DNA from: Cyanophora paradoxa CCMP329
Taxonomy: Eukaryota; Plantae; Glaucophyta
Reading direction: 5' to 3'
Length of the DNA: 64,000 nt
Assembly: GCA_004431415.1 (NCBI GenBank)
Contig: QPMI01000289.1
Location: 1-64,000 of the forward strand
Shown in pieces: positions 52,904 through 63,241 of the stretch (the first letter of the stretch is position 1; each line of letters begins with the position of its first letter). The position numbers and the translations under genes are program-made. The notes beneath the pieces are model-generated. The model was not told where the DNA came from. It searched no databases and saw nothing but the letters and a program-made list of their open reading frames with translations.

Positions 52904-55200
52904 CTGGGCCCTCCTCAAATAATAGTCGCGCCTAGGGCAACGTACCGAGGACCCCTGAGCCGCCACCGGACGCACGGGCTTGCGGATCTTCTCCGTCATC
53001 GGAGCGACCTGCGGACGCATGTCATTTAGCAGCCGGGCGGGTACAGCACCCCCGCCGGCCGGCCATAAGAAAAATTAATTGAAAAATTCGAGATTTTTGC
53101 TTTGGAAAATGCACTCCAAAACATGATGGCTGAGAGGAGGGTACAGCAACAGTGGCGAACCTTGGGCGTCTGCAGGCTCCACCTCGGAAGCCGGCCTCGT
53201 CTGGGGCCTGCACGTGCGTGCCTCCTAGTATGAGCCACGCGTACGCTTGCGCTAGACGCTGTAGCTAGCTATAGCGATAGCGCTGGCATGGAGCAGGGTA
53301 ATGGCTTGCAAATTGCTGCCGCACCTAGAGCTCGAGCTCGATACCGCGGCCGGTGCTCCTGCGCTGGCCGCCGGGCCCGGGGCGCCAGGCCGCCGCATGC
53401 GCAGTGTCTCAGGGTCTGTCGCCGGCGAGCGAGCAGCTCCAGCGCTAGCTATATATAGCTAGCTAGCCTAGCTATAGTAGCCTATAGCTAGTAGTGCCGG
53501 CAGCTGCGCATGCAGCGCTAGCTATAGCCTAGTAGCGCTCGCTCTCTAGCTATAGCGCTAGCTAGATCTAGCGTGCGCTAGCGTTAGCTAGCTGTCTGAT
53601 CATGAAAGCTTGATGCAGCGCTATATATATACATAGCTAGCTAGCACCGTGGCACTATATATATATTGAAGGATCGGAGTAGTGCGCAAGCACCGCTTTA
53701 TATTCTTTCAATTAAAAACGCAGCAAAAATGTTTATGCATCCGTTCCCGGTTTTTTGTATGGGCCAGTTCGCAACATTATTGGGCAGCCGCCATAGTAAA
53801 AACCGGGAAAATTCCCGGTTTTTTTGGTAACAGGTTCGATTCCGAGTAAGCCAGTTTGACTTAGCGAATTCGAGCCGTTCTTGAGCTCGATACAGTCATC
53901 CTATCCATGGAGTCTACCTCCCACACCACACATCGATCTAGTCGACGTCTCTACGTCACCTTCGCACTAACCTGCGTACCTCTATCGAACTAGCCTGCCA
54001 GCTGAGAGTGCCGCGGAGCCTGCGCGCGGGGTGATCCTCAGAAAGGGCTGCTGCTGGGCGCAAGGAATTCGAAAGAGAGGGAGGCAGAGGCATCCGAGGG
54101 GCGCAGCAGGGCGCAGGGCGATGAGCTTCGGCTGGCGGCGGTCAGCACGACAAAGAGAAGCGAGGCAGGGGCGTGGTGCCCCCAGCAGCCTCTGCCCCAG
54201 GAGGCCCTGCACGGCCTGAGACGCCGGCGTGCCCTGCCAGGAGGAGGTGGGGGTCCGGGGGGGGGGGGGGGTCCGGGGGGGGAGGGAGAGGGCGGGGGAA
54301 GGGGGGAGGGGGGGGGCGCACGGCGGATCCGAGCACGGCGTAGGGACCAGGGCTGCGGGGGCCAGGGCCTGGACCGGAGAAGGGGCGGGCGTTGGGGAGG
54401 GCGGAGAGGGAGGGCGGGGCGTGGGGGCCCGTGGGGCGCCCGCGGTGGCGTGGCGTGCGGGCGTGGGGATAGTGAGCGCGCGTCGCGGGGCGGGGGCGTG
54501 AGCGTGCCGGCTGCCGTGCCCGGCCGCACCCCCGGCGGAGAAGGCGAGCGGCGCCGGCGCCGGGATCGCGATCGGAACGCCGGGTGGAGGGGTAGGGACG
54601 GCGGCGGCGCCCAGGCCGCTGCAGCGGCAGGGGCGGGGTTCGGGGCCGCCGGTGAGGAGGTAGGCGGGGTCGGGGGCGGGGCCCGAGAGAAGCGCAAGGG
54701 GTGCACCCGCCGGGGCAAGCGGGGGCGGGGCGCAGGGCGTACCCCTCGTAGCAGGCACATAGGGGTACCTGCACAACGAGGTTTGACGGGGTACGTGTTC
54801 ACGATGAGGACCAACGGCGTGACGGGTGACGTGCTATGCCCAGCCGCGCCTTGGCTTGAGGACAGCCGATTCGGGCGTTATGCGAGGCTCCTCGCAACCG
54901 GGGCCCTTAATTTCCAATAAAAGACTTGATAAAAGAATTTGATCGCCGAATTCTTTAAGGGTTTTTTGTAAGAGCCTTTCTCATGCTATGCAAGGACCTT
55001 AATTCCGCCAGTTAAGCGGTATTGCTAATATCATAAGCGTTCCGAAATGCAAGTAAAAATTAAGCAAGTCGCAGGGCGCGACTACGTTTTGAGGAGGGCC
55101 CAGACGCACTGATTCATAGCAAGCAGGCAGAGATAGCGAACCGTTATCTGCGGCTTTCAGTCAGCGTGTTCTACCTCGAGCGTGCAGCCGGCCGGCCAGC
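52904..55200. mobile_element. Array unit 2: intact 2297-bp non-coding element with asymmetric inverted repeats
   Basis: Starts CTGGGCCCTCCTCAAATAATAGTCGCGCC; the inverted copy GGCGCGACTACGTTTTGAGGAGGGCCCAG ends at 55103 and is followed by a 97-bp tail. Confidence 0.8.
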
Positions 55201-55689
55201 CTGGGCCCTCCTCAAATAATAGTCGCGCCTAGGGCAACGTACCGAGGACCCCTGAGCCGCCACCGGACGCACGGGCTTGCGGATCTTCTCCGTCATCGGA
55301 GCGACCTGCGGACGCATGTCATTTAGCAGCCGGGCGGGTACAGCACCCCCGCCGGCCGGCCATAAGAAAAATTAATTGAAAAATTCGAGATTTTTGCTTT
55401 GGAAAATGCACTCCAAAACATGATGGCTGAGAGGAGGGTACAGCAACAGTGGCGAACCTTGGGCGTCTGCAGGCTCCACCTCGGAAGCCGGCCTCGTCTG
55501 GGGCCTGCACGTGCGTGCCTCCTAGTATGAGCCACGCGTACGCTTACGCTAGACGCTGTAGCTAGCTATAGCGATAGCGCTGGCATGGAGCAGGGTAATG
55601 GCTTGCAAATTGCTGCCGCACCTAGAGCTCGAGCTCGATACCGCGGCCGGTGCTCCTGCGCTGGCCGCCGGGCGCCAGGCCGCCGCAGG

Positions 55690-56880
55690 TTTAGTTTCTG
55701 CCGTCGCCATGAGGGGGCGAGGCGGGCGCCTCGGGCGTACGGGGACGTGGCGGGGGGGGGGGGGGGGGGGGGGGGGGGGACGGGGGGGGGCGGGGGGGGC
55801 GGGGGGGGCGGGGAGGGGGGGGGGGGCGGGGGCGGCGGCGGGGGTACGGGGACGTACCGTCGTCGGAGTTGGCGGGGGTCCACTCGTACCCCGCTAGAAG
55901 CGAGAAATAGGATCGCGGGGCCCGTCACCCCCACCACCTCAATCCGGCCTGCGAGGCGCGCCCCCCCCCCCCCCCCCGTGAGGGGGCGAGGCGGGCGCCT
56001 CGGTTGGGGCGGTGGGGGGTACGGGGACGTACCATCGCGTCGGAGTCGGCGGTGCTGCCCCCGCTAAGAGGCCGCCGGTCCGGGAGGGGCGGGGGCGGGG
56101 GCGGGGCGGGGGCGGACGGCGAGGTCGCGCTCGAGGCGGTGTGGTCGCGGGTGAGGCCGTCGTGCGACCGCGCCGCCTCCCCAGGGCCCCTTGGCCGCCC
56201 GCGCCTCCTTCTCGGCCGCCCGCAGCCGCCCCTCCAGCTCCTCCTTCTCCCGCCGAGCCCCATCCAGCTTCGTGATCAGCCCGGCCGCCTGCAGCTCCAC
56301 GTCCCGCACCCGCCCCTCCGCCTCCCGCAGCTGCCCCTCCAGGCCCCGGTTGCGCGCCTCAACTTGGCAACGCCCTCCAGCGCTCGAGCGCGGGGCGCCG
56401 CGGGGGCGGGGCTAGCCGGGGATCCAGAGCTGGTGGCTGGCAAAGTAGGCCCGCTCCTCCTCCACTGACGGCACGCACACGCACCCGTCCACGTCCACCT
56501 GCCCCGCGCTCGCCGCCCGTGCCCGGGGCGGGTGGGGTGGGCAGGGCGGGGACGTACCGTCGTTGGGGTCGGCGGGGGCCCACTCGTACCGTCGTCAGGG
56601 TCGGCGGGGGGCGCCGCGGCTCCCGGCCCCCCAGCCGCTCCCGCACCGCCGCCACCGCCCGCCCCTGCTTCACCACCACCCCGCTCACCCGTGCCTGGCC
56701 AGCGGCGTGCCCGGCTCAGTTCAGAAAGCGTGCGGCGGGCGGCAGGCGGCGGGCAGGCGGGTGGGCGGGCGGACCGGCTCGGCCTCGAGGCGGGCGATGG
56801 CGGCCTCGGAGACGCGGGCGGCGGCGTCCACGCCCTCCACGCGCCCCGCGAGCGCCTCGAGCCGCGTCCGGTACGCCCCG
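55690..56880 (-). pseudogene. Coiled-coil gene fragment with introns carried inside unit 3
   Basis: Exon-like LEGQLREAEGRVRDVELQAAGLITKLDGARREKEELEGRLRAAEKEARAAK; repeated GTACGTCCCC donor-like sites followed by C runs. Confidence 0.45.
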
Positions 56881-57240
56881 CAAGATCTGTGGCCACGGAT
56901 CAGCGAGGATCGCGCGGCGGCCGGGCAAGCAGGCCTCGGCGAGGATCGCGCGGCGGCAAGCAGCCGTCCGGGAGGAGCTCGTACCTAGTCCTCCGGAATT
57001 CATCGAGGATCGCGACCGTCGGACACCTGGCGCACTCGGCTGCAGGCCTGCAGGCCGGTGCACGCCTCGATGCACGCAAGATCTGTGGCCGCGGATCAGC
57101 GAGGATCGCGCGGCGGCCGGGCAAGCAGGCCTCGGCGAGGATCGCGCGGCGGCAAGCAGCCGTCCGGGAGGAGCTCGTACCTAGACCTCCGGAATCCATC
57201 GAGGATCGCGACGCCTGGCGCACTGCGGCACTCGGCTGCA
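56881..57240. repeat. Tandem duplication, about 196-bp period
   Basis: CAAGATCTGTGGCC...GAGGAGCTCGTACCTAG at 56881 and 57077. Confidence 0.85.
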
Positions 57241-57914
57241 GCTGCAGGCCTGCAGTTGCGCATGCTCGTCGCTCGGCGAATCGCTCGGTGGTTGCAGTCG
57301 CCGAGGCAAGTCGCTCGGCCTGCAGTTGCACTCGCAGAGGAAGTCGCGGAGGCGAATATACTGATACCCCCGGAGCCCAGCATAGTTAGGAAATCAACTT
57401 TTTAAGCGCCGATAGTGGTGCCGAGATCGGCGCCTAATTCCCGCAAGAAAAAAAGATCTGGCGCGCCTAACGATGAGGACCAACGGCGTGACGGGTGACG
57501 TGCTATGCCCAGCCGCGCCTTGGCTTGAGGACAGCCGATTCGGGCGTTATGCGAGGCTCCTCGCAACCGGGGCCCTTAATTTCCAATAAAAGACTTGATA
57601 AAAGAATTTGATCGCCGAATTCTTTAAGGGTTTTTTGTAAGAGCCTTTCTCATGCTATGCAAGGACCTTAATTCCGCCAGTTAAGCGGTATTGCTAATAT
57701 CATAAGCGTTCCGAAATGCAAGTAAAAATTAAGCAAGTCGCAGGGCGCGACTACGTTTTGAGGAGGGCCCAGACGCACTGATTCATAGCAAGCAGGCAGA
57801 GATAGCGAACCGTTATCTGCGGCTTTCAGTCAGCGTGTTCTACCTCGAGCGTGCAGCCGGCCGGCCAGCCAGGTACCTAGCCTAGTTGCTTCCAGGCTAC
57901 TAGTAGCGCTCGGA

Positions 57915-58075
57915 CAGTCCGGACTCCCGGGAGTCCGGATCCGGAGTCCGGACTCCGGATCCGGATTCCGGATCTGGACGACTCCAGGATCCGGATTGGA
58001 ATTGCGGATCCGGATCCAGCTGGCATGGATCATCCTGCAGCGCATGTGCATTCGAATTCGGAATTTCGAATTCGG
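57915..58075. repeat. Simple repeat of TCCGGA/GGATCC/GAATTC palindromes
   Basis: CCGGATCCGGAGTCCGGACTCCGGATCCGGATTCCGG. Confidence 0.8.
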
Positions 58076-59136
58076 CCCCGGCCCCCGGATCGTACACATG
58101 GACCGTATATATACACTGGTACTAGTACATGGCAGTATGTATTACATGCACATGTTAACGTTGGGGTGGGGCTTGCGCGCATGCGGTCAAGCCCTTAATC
58201 CAGTTGCAATTGCAAGGTAAGGCCTCAAGTCCGCGCCCCGCGCGCGGCTCACTAGCTATAGGTCAATTGCAAGCCCTTGCCCCGCAGGGCTCAAGCCCTT
58301 CACCACCCTATGCACATGCACATGTTTATCGATCATGACTCAGTGATCCCGATCATGATCATGCGCATGCACATGCTTATAAGAAGTTAAGGCTTGCGCA
58401 AGGCTTGACGTACGTGCACCGTTAATTCGAAATCATTCTTTTTTCACACACGCAATTTACATGTATAGATGTTTTTTCACAAGTAATTAAGACATGAAAT
58501 TAAGACATGTCAAAAGATCATCGAAGAGATCTATATACGGAGCCCCGACTCTCGAAGAGTTTCGCGACCAATGTTTCTGCGTGTACGGTGTACCGTACGC
58601 GTGTACGGTACGGTGTACGGCGCGGCGGCGTAACGGCGCCAACGGGGCTGCGGATTTCGCATACCCAGGTGACGGAAAAAAGCCCAAGCGACCGAGAGGC
58701 TACTCGGGCGAGCGGCGAGCGCGCGCTAAGCCTAGGAGATCGCCTCGGCGAGCATATCAGCTAGTTATAAGTTATAACTGCAGCCTGCCGCCGCCACGCG
58801 TACGGCTCGTCGGCGCCGGCACCGTACCGTACCGGCCAGCGCCGCGGTCCCCGCGGCGAGAGCAGCTGGCCTTCGCAAACTCGACTCTTCGACTCTTTGC
58901 GACCTTGGAGTTTCTAGGGATAGGCACTGACGCGCCGAGCCGACCTCGCGAAGTCAGCACGGCCTTGAGCTTCTTCGAATTCCCGAAGAATACGCTGGCG
59001 ACGGGTCTCTCGCCGCCGAGTCGCCAGATAGTCGGCGGCAGCCGGTTCAGCCCAGCATCAAATTGGCACGTCTGATCGCGCATTAAGCACCGCGCGGGCG
59101 CCAGTCGCGCTGTGTCTCGGTTGCCCGCGGCCAGCG

Positions 59137-60407
59137 ATGGACGCCAGCCTTGCGGCGGCTGCGGGTTTAGGCGACCGTAACATGCCGATCGAGCAAGGAG
59201 ACGAGACACACATCGACGAGCGCGGAGCGCCGGTGCATCGAGCACCGCTGGCGCGTCCGAAGCTGGAGCGCTGCGCCTTCGTACTCCTGGACCGTGGGCG
59301 AAACTCCGGTGCGAGCCCCGTGGGGTCTCTGTGCCTGCAAACTCGCGCGTTTACGAAAACGCCGCGTGCGATGTCCTGTTCGGCAGGCTTCCAGCCGGCG
59401 GCGACGGCGGCGGAGGAGGAGGCGTGCCTGGCGTACCACATTATCTCGTACCGGCAGCTGAAGCTGCAGCCGCGGGACCCCGAGGAGGCGGCGCTCTGGG
59501 CCAACCGGAGCATCCGCGTCTCCCTCGCCTACGCAGGTGCGAGCGCAGCGCCGACCCCCCCCCCCCCCCCCCCCCCCCCGGCCGACGGAAGCCTGCAGAC
59601 GACGGGAGCCCGGTACTGCACGGGAGCGGCGTGCAGAGCCGGATGGAGGAAGGGGCGGCGTGCACGGACCTGCCCCTCCGCCACTACTCCGCCCCGCGCC
59701 ACTTCGAGCGCGCCGCCGCCGTGCGCGCCTTCGAGCGTCGGGCGCCTGCGTCCTTTTGACAGCGGGGCGCGCGCAGTGCACGATGCCGCTGGACGAGACC
59801 GGCACATCGCTCCACAGCTTCTCCATCATCGCCGCCTCCGTGCGCCCCGCCCCGCCCCGCCCCGCCTCCGTCGCGGGCGGCGCCTGACATGGCCGACGGT
59901 GTGCAGCACCGCCACGCGGGCCGAGTCTTCCAGCTCCACCTCGTCGACGCCGACTCGGGCGCTCCTGTTCCCGGCCGCATCCTCATCCACACGCGCTCGC
60001 ACGGTGCGCCCGCCGCCCGCCCGCTTGCCGCCGCCCCCGCCGGGCGGCGAGCGGGCGCGCGGCTGCAGCCTCGTGCTCGCCGGGCATCGTGGAGCTGCTG
60101 CACAGGACGTCGATCGCCTTCGCGGCGGCGCACGGGGCGGCGCCGCGTGCGCGCGGGGAAGCGGCGCTGCGGCAAGGCCGGCCGGCATCGGCGCGTGCGG
60201 GCGCACTCCTTCTCCTCGGACTCCTCCAGCTCCTCCCGCTCGGACACCGACGCCGAGGCCGACGCCGAGGGCGAGGGCGGGGGCGAGGGCGAGGGCGGGG
60301 GCGAGGGCGAGGGCGGGGGCGAGGGCGACTCGGTGCGCGGCCCAGACCGCCGCCGTGGTGGGGGAGGCCTGACGCGGGGGAAGGGTGCAGAGGGGGCGGC
60401 GGCGGGG
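59137..60407 (+). CDS. Host multi-exon gene of unknown function, interrupted by the AT-rich insertion
   Basis: Exon-like blocks (LAYHIISYRQLKLQP...IRVSLAYA|DGSPV; TMPLDETGTSLHSFSIIAAS; HRHAGRVFQLHLVD) are separated by typical introns. The last intron GTGCGC...CTGAC...GTGCAG is followed by only about 17 nt before the insertion. Confidence 0.55.
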
Positions 60408-60693
60408 CACACATAGTAAAATGCGGAGTTTTAACCCTCGGCTTAATCTTAATTGATTTTGTTGATATATCTCGTATATTCTATTTCAATCAATCGATAA
60501 TCTGTGTATATCTTATCGAATATTCATTTATTTCGATTATTTTGTATTCTTTTCGATATTTTATCGTAAATTTCTCTTATTTTCCGATTAGTCTTACTGA
60601 GTCTATCGATAATCTGTATATATTTCCGAATAATATAACTGAATCTCAATTAGATCTTGCCTCTGGTTAAAACTCCGCATTTTACTATGTGTG
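60408..60693. repeat. Perfect 29-bp inverted repeat bracketing a 286-bp segment
   Basis: CACACATAGTAAAATGCGGAGTTTTAACC (60408-60436) and GGTTAAAACTCCGCATTTTACTATGTGTG (60665-60693). Confidence 0.92.
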
Positions 60694-60945
60694 ATTGGTC
60701 TAAAAGTTAATTGATTTAATCGATATTATATTCATGTACTTTCTCGATTAAATTTAATTAAATTTAATTCATTTAATCGGAAATATATCGCTTAACTCGA
60801 TTAAGATCCATAAATGATTCATTTGTTTAATAAAACAAATAGATCTCTTATTGAATCCAATCGTAATTATACATGAAACTTATATGATTTTATCATTGTT
60901 TTATTGAGTCTAAGGGGGGACCCTTAGGATTTTTGAAATAATTGG

Positions 60946-61265
60946 GTGTCACAGGTGTCACAGGTCCATCCCAAACTTTTGAAAATTCACTCTTTATAGG
61001 AGAAACTTTGGGATAAACCTGTGACACCTGTGACACATACCATATTTAGTAAGGATCTCTTTTATAATGAAAAACTCAGTAATAATCTTATCTATGTATT
61101 TCTAATTAAATGAATAAATGATTTAATCGAGTGTCACAGGTGTCACAGGTCCATCCCAAACTTTTGAAAATTCACTCTTTATAGGAGAAACTTTGGGATA
61201 AACCTGTGACACCTGTGACACATACCATATTCAGTAAGGACCTCTTATATTGTGAAAATCTCAGT
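60946..61265. repeat. Two direct copies (185-bp period) of a 91-bp palindromic unit
   Basis: GTGTCACAGGTGTCACAGGTCCATCCCAAA...TTTGGGATAAACCTGTGACACCTGTGACAC at 60946-61036 and 61131-61221, with about 45 bp of further similarity. Confidence 0.92.
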
Positions 61266-61661
61266 GTTAGTTGGTGTAGTTGATTCAAAAAATGCATTTT
61301 ATACTCTGATTCATTGTTATTTCCTGTGAAATTTGAGTCAACTCAACCCACTTAGTCAACCCTTGCATTGAATTCGTAACAAAATCCATATACTATCGAT
61401 TAATATGAGTCAACCTTGAGTCCACTTTAATATAAATATTATATAATAGGGGGAATCAAGGGGAATGTTGAGTTTTACTGTAATGAAATCGAATAGTATT
61501 CCAATTACTTACAATAGAATTCTATCGTAAAAAATGTCCGGAATCCGGAAAATAAACATTGTAGAAAGCTACTGTAGGAAAAGGATATATTATATCTTTT
61601 TGTAACAGTTGCTATTGTAAAACAAAAGGTAAATTACCTTGATTATCATTATAGAAACCCA

Positions 61662-62060
61662 TCAAAACGGGAATCTATCATGTTTATGTCTCTCAGTCTT
61701 CTCAAATGTGAGGAAATTCATTGTTTTATCGATCTCATCTGCAACTGCTTGTGTTTTATGCTGAGCTTCTTTACCACAACTGAATATATCAATTGCTAAC
61801 ATGCCTTCATTGGAATAACAATGAGCTGTGCAATGGCTTTCATCTAATAGCAGAACCAATGCAAAACCAGGAGGTGATACTTTGCCATCAAATATTTCAC
61901 AATGTTTATGAACAATCCTAATACCTTGTCTCAATACTGCTTGTTCAAGGGTTCCCATAATCCAATTACCTAGGAAGCTAACATGCTCATAACCTGTTGC
62001 TATAGCTGATTTAGCCTTGTAATCAAGCATAACATGAAAGCCTCTGTATTTAGTCTCCAT
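61662..62060 (-). CDS. speD: S-adenosylmethionine decarboxylase proenzyme, short prokaryotic/viral type
   Basis: GFHVMLD, PPGFALVLLLDESHCTAH (E|SH pyruvoyl autocleavage site), AIDIFSCG; 132 aa. Confidence 0.9.
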   Translation of the reverse strand: METKYRGFHVMLDYKAKSAIATGYEHVSFLGNWIMGTLEQAVLRQGIRIVHKHCEIFDGKVSPPGFALVLLLDESHCTAHCYSNEGMLAIDIFSCGKEAQHKTQAVADEIDKTMNFLTFEKTERHKHDRFPF

Positions 62061-62089
62061 TAAGAATACCTTAGAAAAATTAATTACAC

Positions 62090-62362
62090 CTAATCGAACC
62101 TAATGCAAACATCCCTATATTCCACAGTGATTGATGAAGTAGCCCTTTTCCTATAAGCCTGAGAATGCTTTTTGTTGCATTCCCTACATCCTGATCCCTT
62201 CACATGATTAAATGGATATGTAAGGATCACCTTATTACACTGCAAACATCTAACAGATACTTTCTCTTGAGCTTTGATGTAATGTGTCTCACTGTAATCG
62301 AATTTATCTTTACCATGGACTGTCATAGCAGCATCAATAAACTTTTTTGTTTTACTATCCAT
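62090..62362 (-). CDS. Small zinc-ribbon DNA-binding protein (repeat unit of viral/homing endonucleases, DUF723-like)
   Basis: FI..A..VHG.DKFDYS...Y.....KV.V.CxxC......P.NH..GSGCxxC pattern. Confidence 0.7.
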   Translation of the reverse strand: MDSKTKKFIDAAMTVHGKDKFDYSETHYIKAQEKVSVRCLQCNKVILTYPFNHVKGSGCRECNKKHSQAYRKRATSSITVEYRDVCIRFD

Positions 62363-62384
62363 ACTCTATATATAACCAATATTC

Positions 62385-63218
62385 TTATGGAGCAGTATCC
62401 TGCCCAAAAATGGGGAAATATCGATTTGTCCCATAGTATTCAGCATAGGTATTCTGCTTTGCAATAAAATCGGTTCTCTCTGCAAACATCACACACTTGT
62501 AGATACCAAACTTGGTGGCTCTCACAAGAAACTGATAGTCTTCCAAACCGAAATTGACTCCATGATAAGCAATTCCGAAATTATCATATGGGGTGATCAC
62601 AACTGCAAAGTTGGGAGTTCCACCTTCAACTTGGCAAACAGCATATACATCTGGTGGGATATCAACAACCACCTTGTAGTGATCACCAATCTCAACAAGA
62701 GAGTCAACTACTGCTGTTTGTTCATTCACAACAATGGGGAATATCTTGATTATATAGGGGGCATTCATGCTGGGGACATAGGTTCGAATTCTTGTGTTGG
62801 GATCAATAGGATTGGGTTGATCATTCACAAATAGAGGCGCTCCAACAGCCCCACCAACCCTAAGACCATCACCAATATAAGCTCCCCCCGATTTGCAGTT
62901 AATAGCTCCCGACCTAGATTCAAAAGAATAAGTAGACAGAGGATCTCCATAGCTATCTGGGTCTCCATAATGAGCAGAAAAGTTTGCATTTGTGACAAGT
63001 AGCTTAGTTGTCTTAACTATTCCATTATTTTTATCACATCTGAGTTCCTGTAATCTCAGCTTGTGGGTGGAACCAAATGTATTCATTGTAGGTTGGACCT
63101 CTGTGGATTGGAGACCTTCCACATCATCAAAGGTAGCATGCTGTAAAACATGGTTTGCTGGTGCAGCTAATGAAAGCTGAGGTGTAATAATTCGTTCAAG
63201 TGGGGGTTGCTCAGCCAT
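62385..63218 (-). CDS. Putative virion fibre/spike-like protein
   Basis: Gly-rich beta segment (SGGAYIGDGLRVGG) and a C-terminal pattern (NPIDPNTRIR...VVDIPPDVY...VVITP...VMFAERTD) reminiscent of phage tail-fibre C-termini; paralogous to the adjacent ORF. Confidence 0.5.
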   Translation of the reverse strand: MAEQPPLERIITPQLSLAAPANHVLQHATFDDVEGLQSTEVQPTMNTFGSTHKLRLQELRCDKNNGIVKTTKLLVTNANFSAHYGDPDSYGDPLSTYSFESRSGAINCKSGGAYIGDGLRVGGAVGAPLFVNDQPNPIDPNTRIRTYVPSMNAPYIIKIFPIVVNEQTAVVDSLVEIGDHYKVVVDIPPDVYAVCQVEGGTPNFAVVITPYDNFGIAYHGVNFGLEDYQFLVRATKFGIYKCVMFAERTDFIAKQNTYAEYYGTNRYFPIFGQDTAP

Positions 63219-63241
63219 TTTACATTAAAGGGATATATCTT

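Larger units (their letters stand above)
55201..57870. mobile_element. Array unit 3: same ends, different interior
   Basis: About 55201-55688 and 57470-57870 match unit 2; 55689-57469 is unique. Confidence 0.8.

Noticed and set aside
52904-55200. rDNA spacer, 5S or snRNA tandem unit
   Set aside because: No recognisable rRNA, tRNA or snRNA sequence in the unit.
58160-58310. Possible small MITE with GGCTTG/CAAGCC repeats
   Set aside because: No clean TIR pair or TSD could be defined.
1-60400. Many long Arg/Pro/Gly/Ala-rich ORFs in the six-frame track (e.g. 34409-37054, 34470-36872, 9134-10360)
   Set aside because: Expected from stop-codon scarcity in very GC-rich DNA; the real genes are spliced and switch frames.
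60946-61221. CRISPR array
   Set aside because: Only two repeats, each 91 bp, with related downstream sequence and no cas genes.
62061-62085. TCTA late-promoter-like motif upstream of speD
   Set aside because: A four-base motif in AT-rich DNA, not repeated at the same position before the other ORFs.
62204-63180. Plus-strand ORFs in the AT-rich region
   Set aside because: Antisense shadows of the minus-strand genes.
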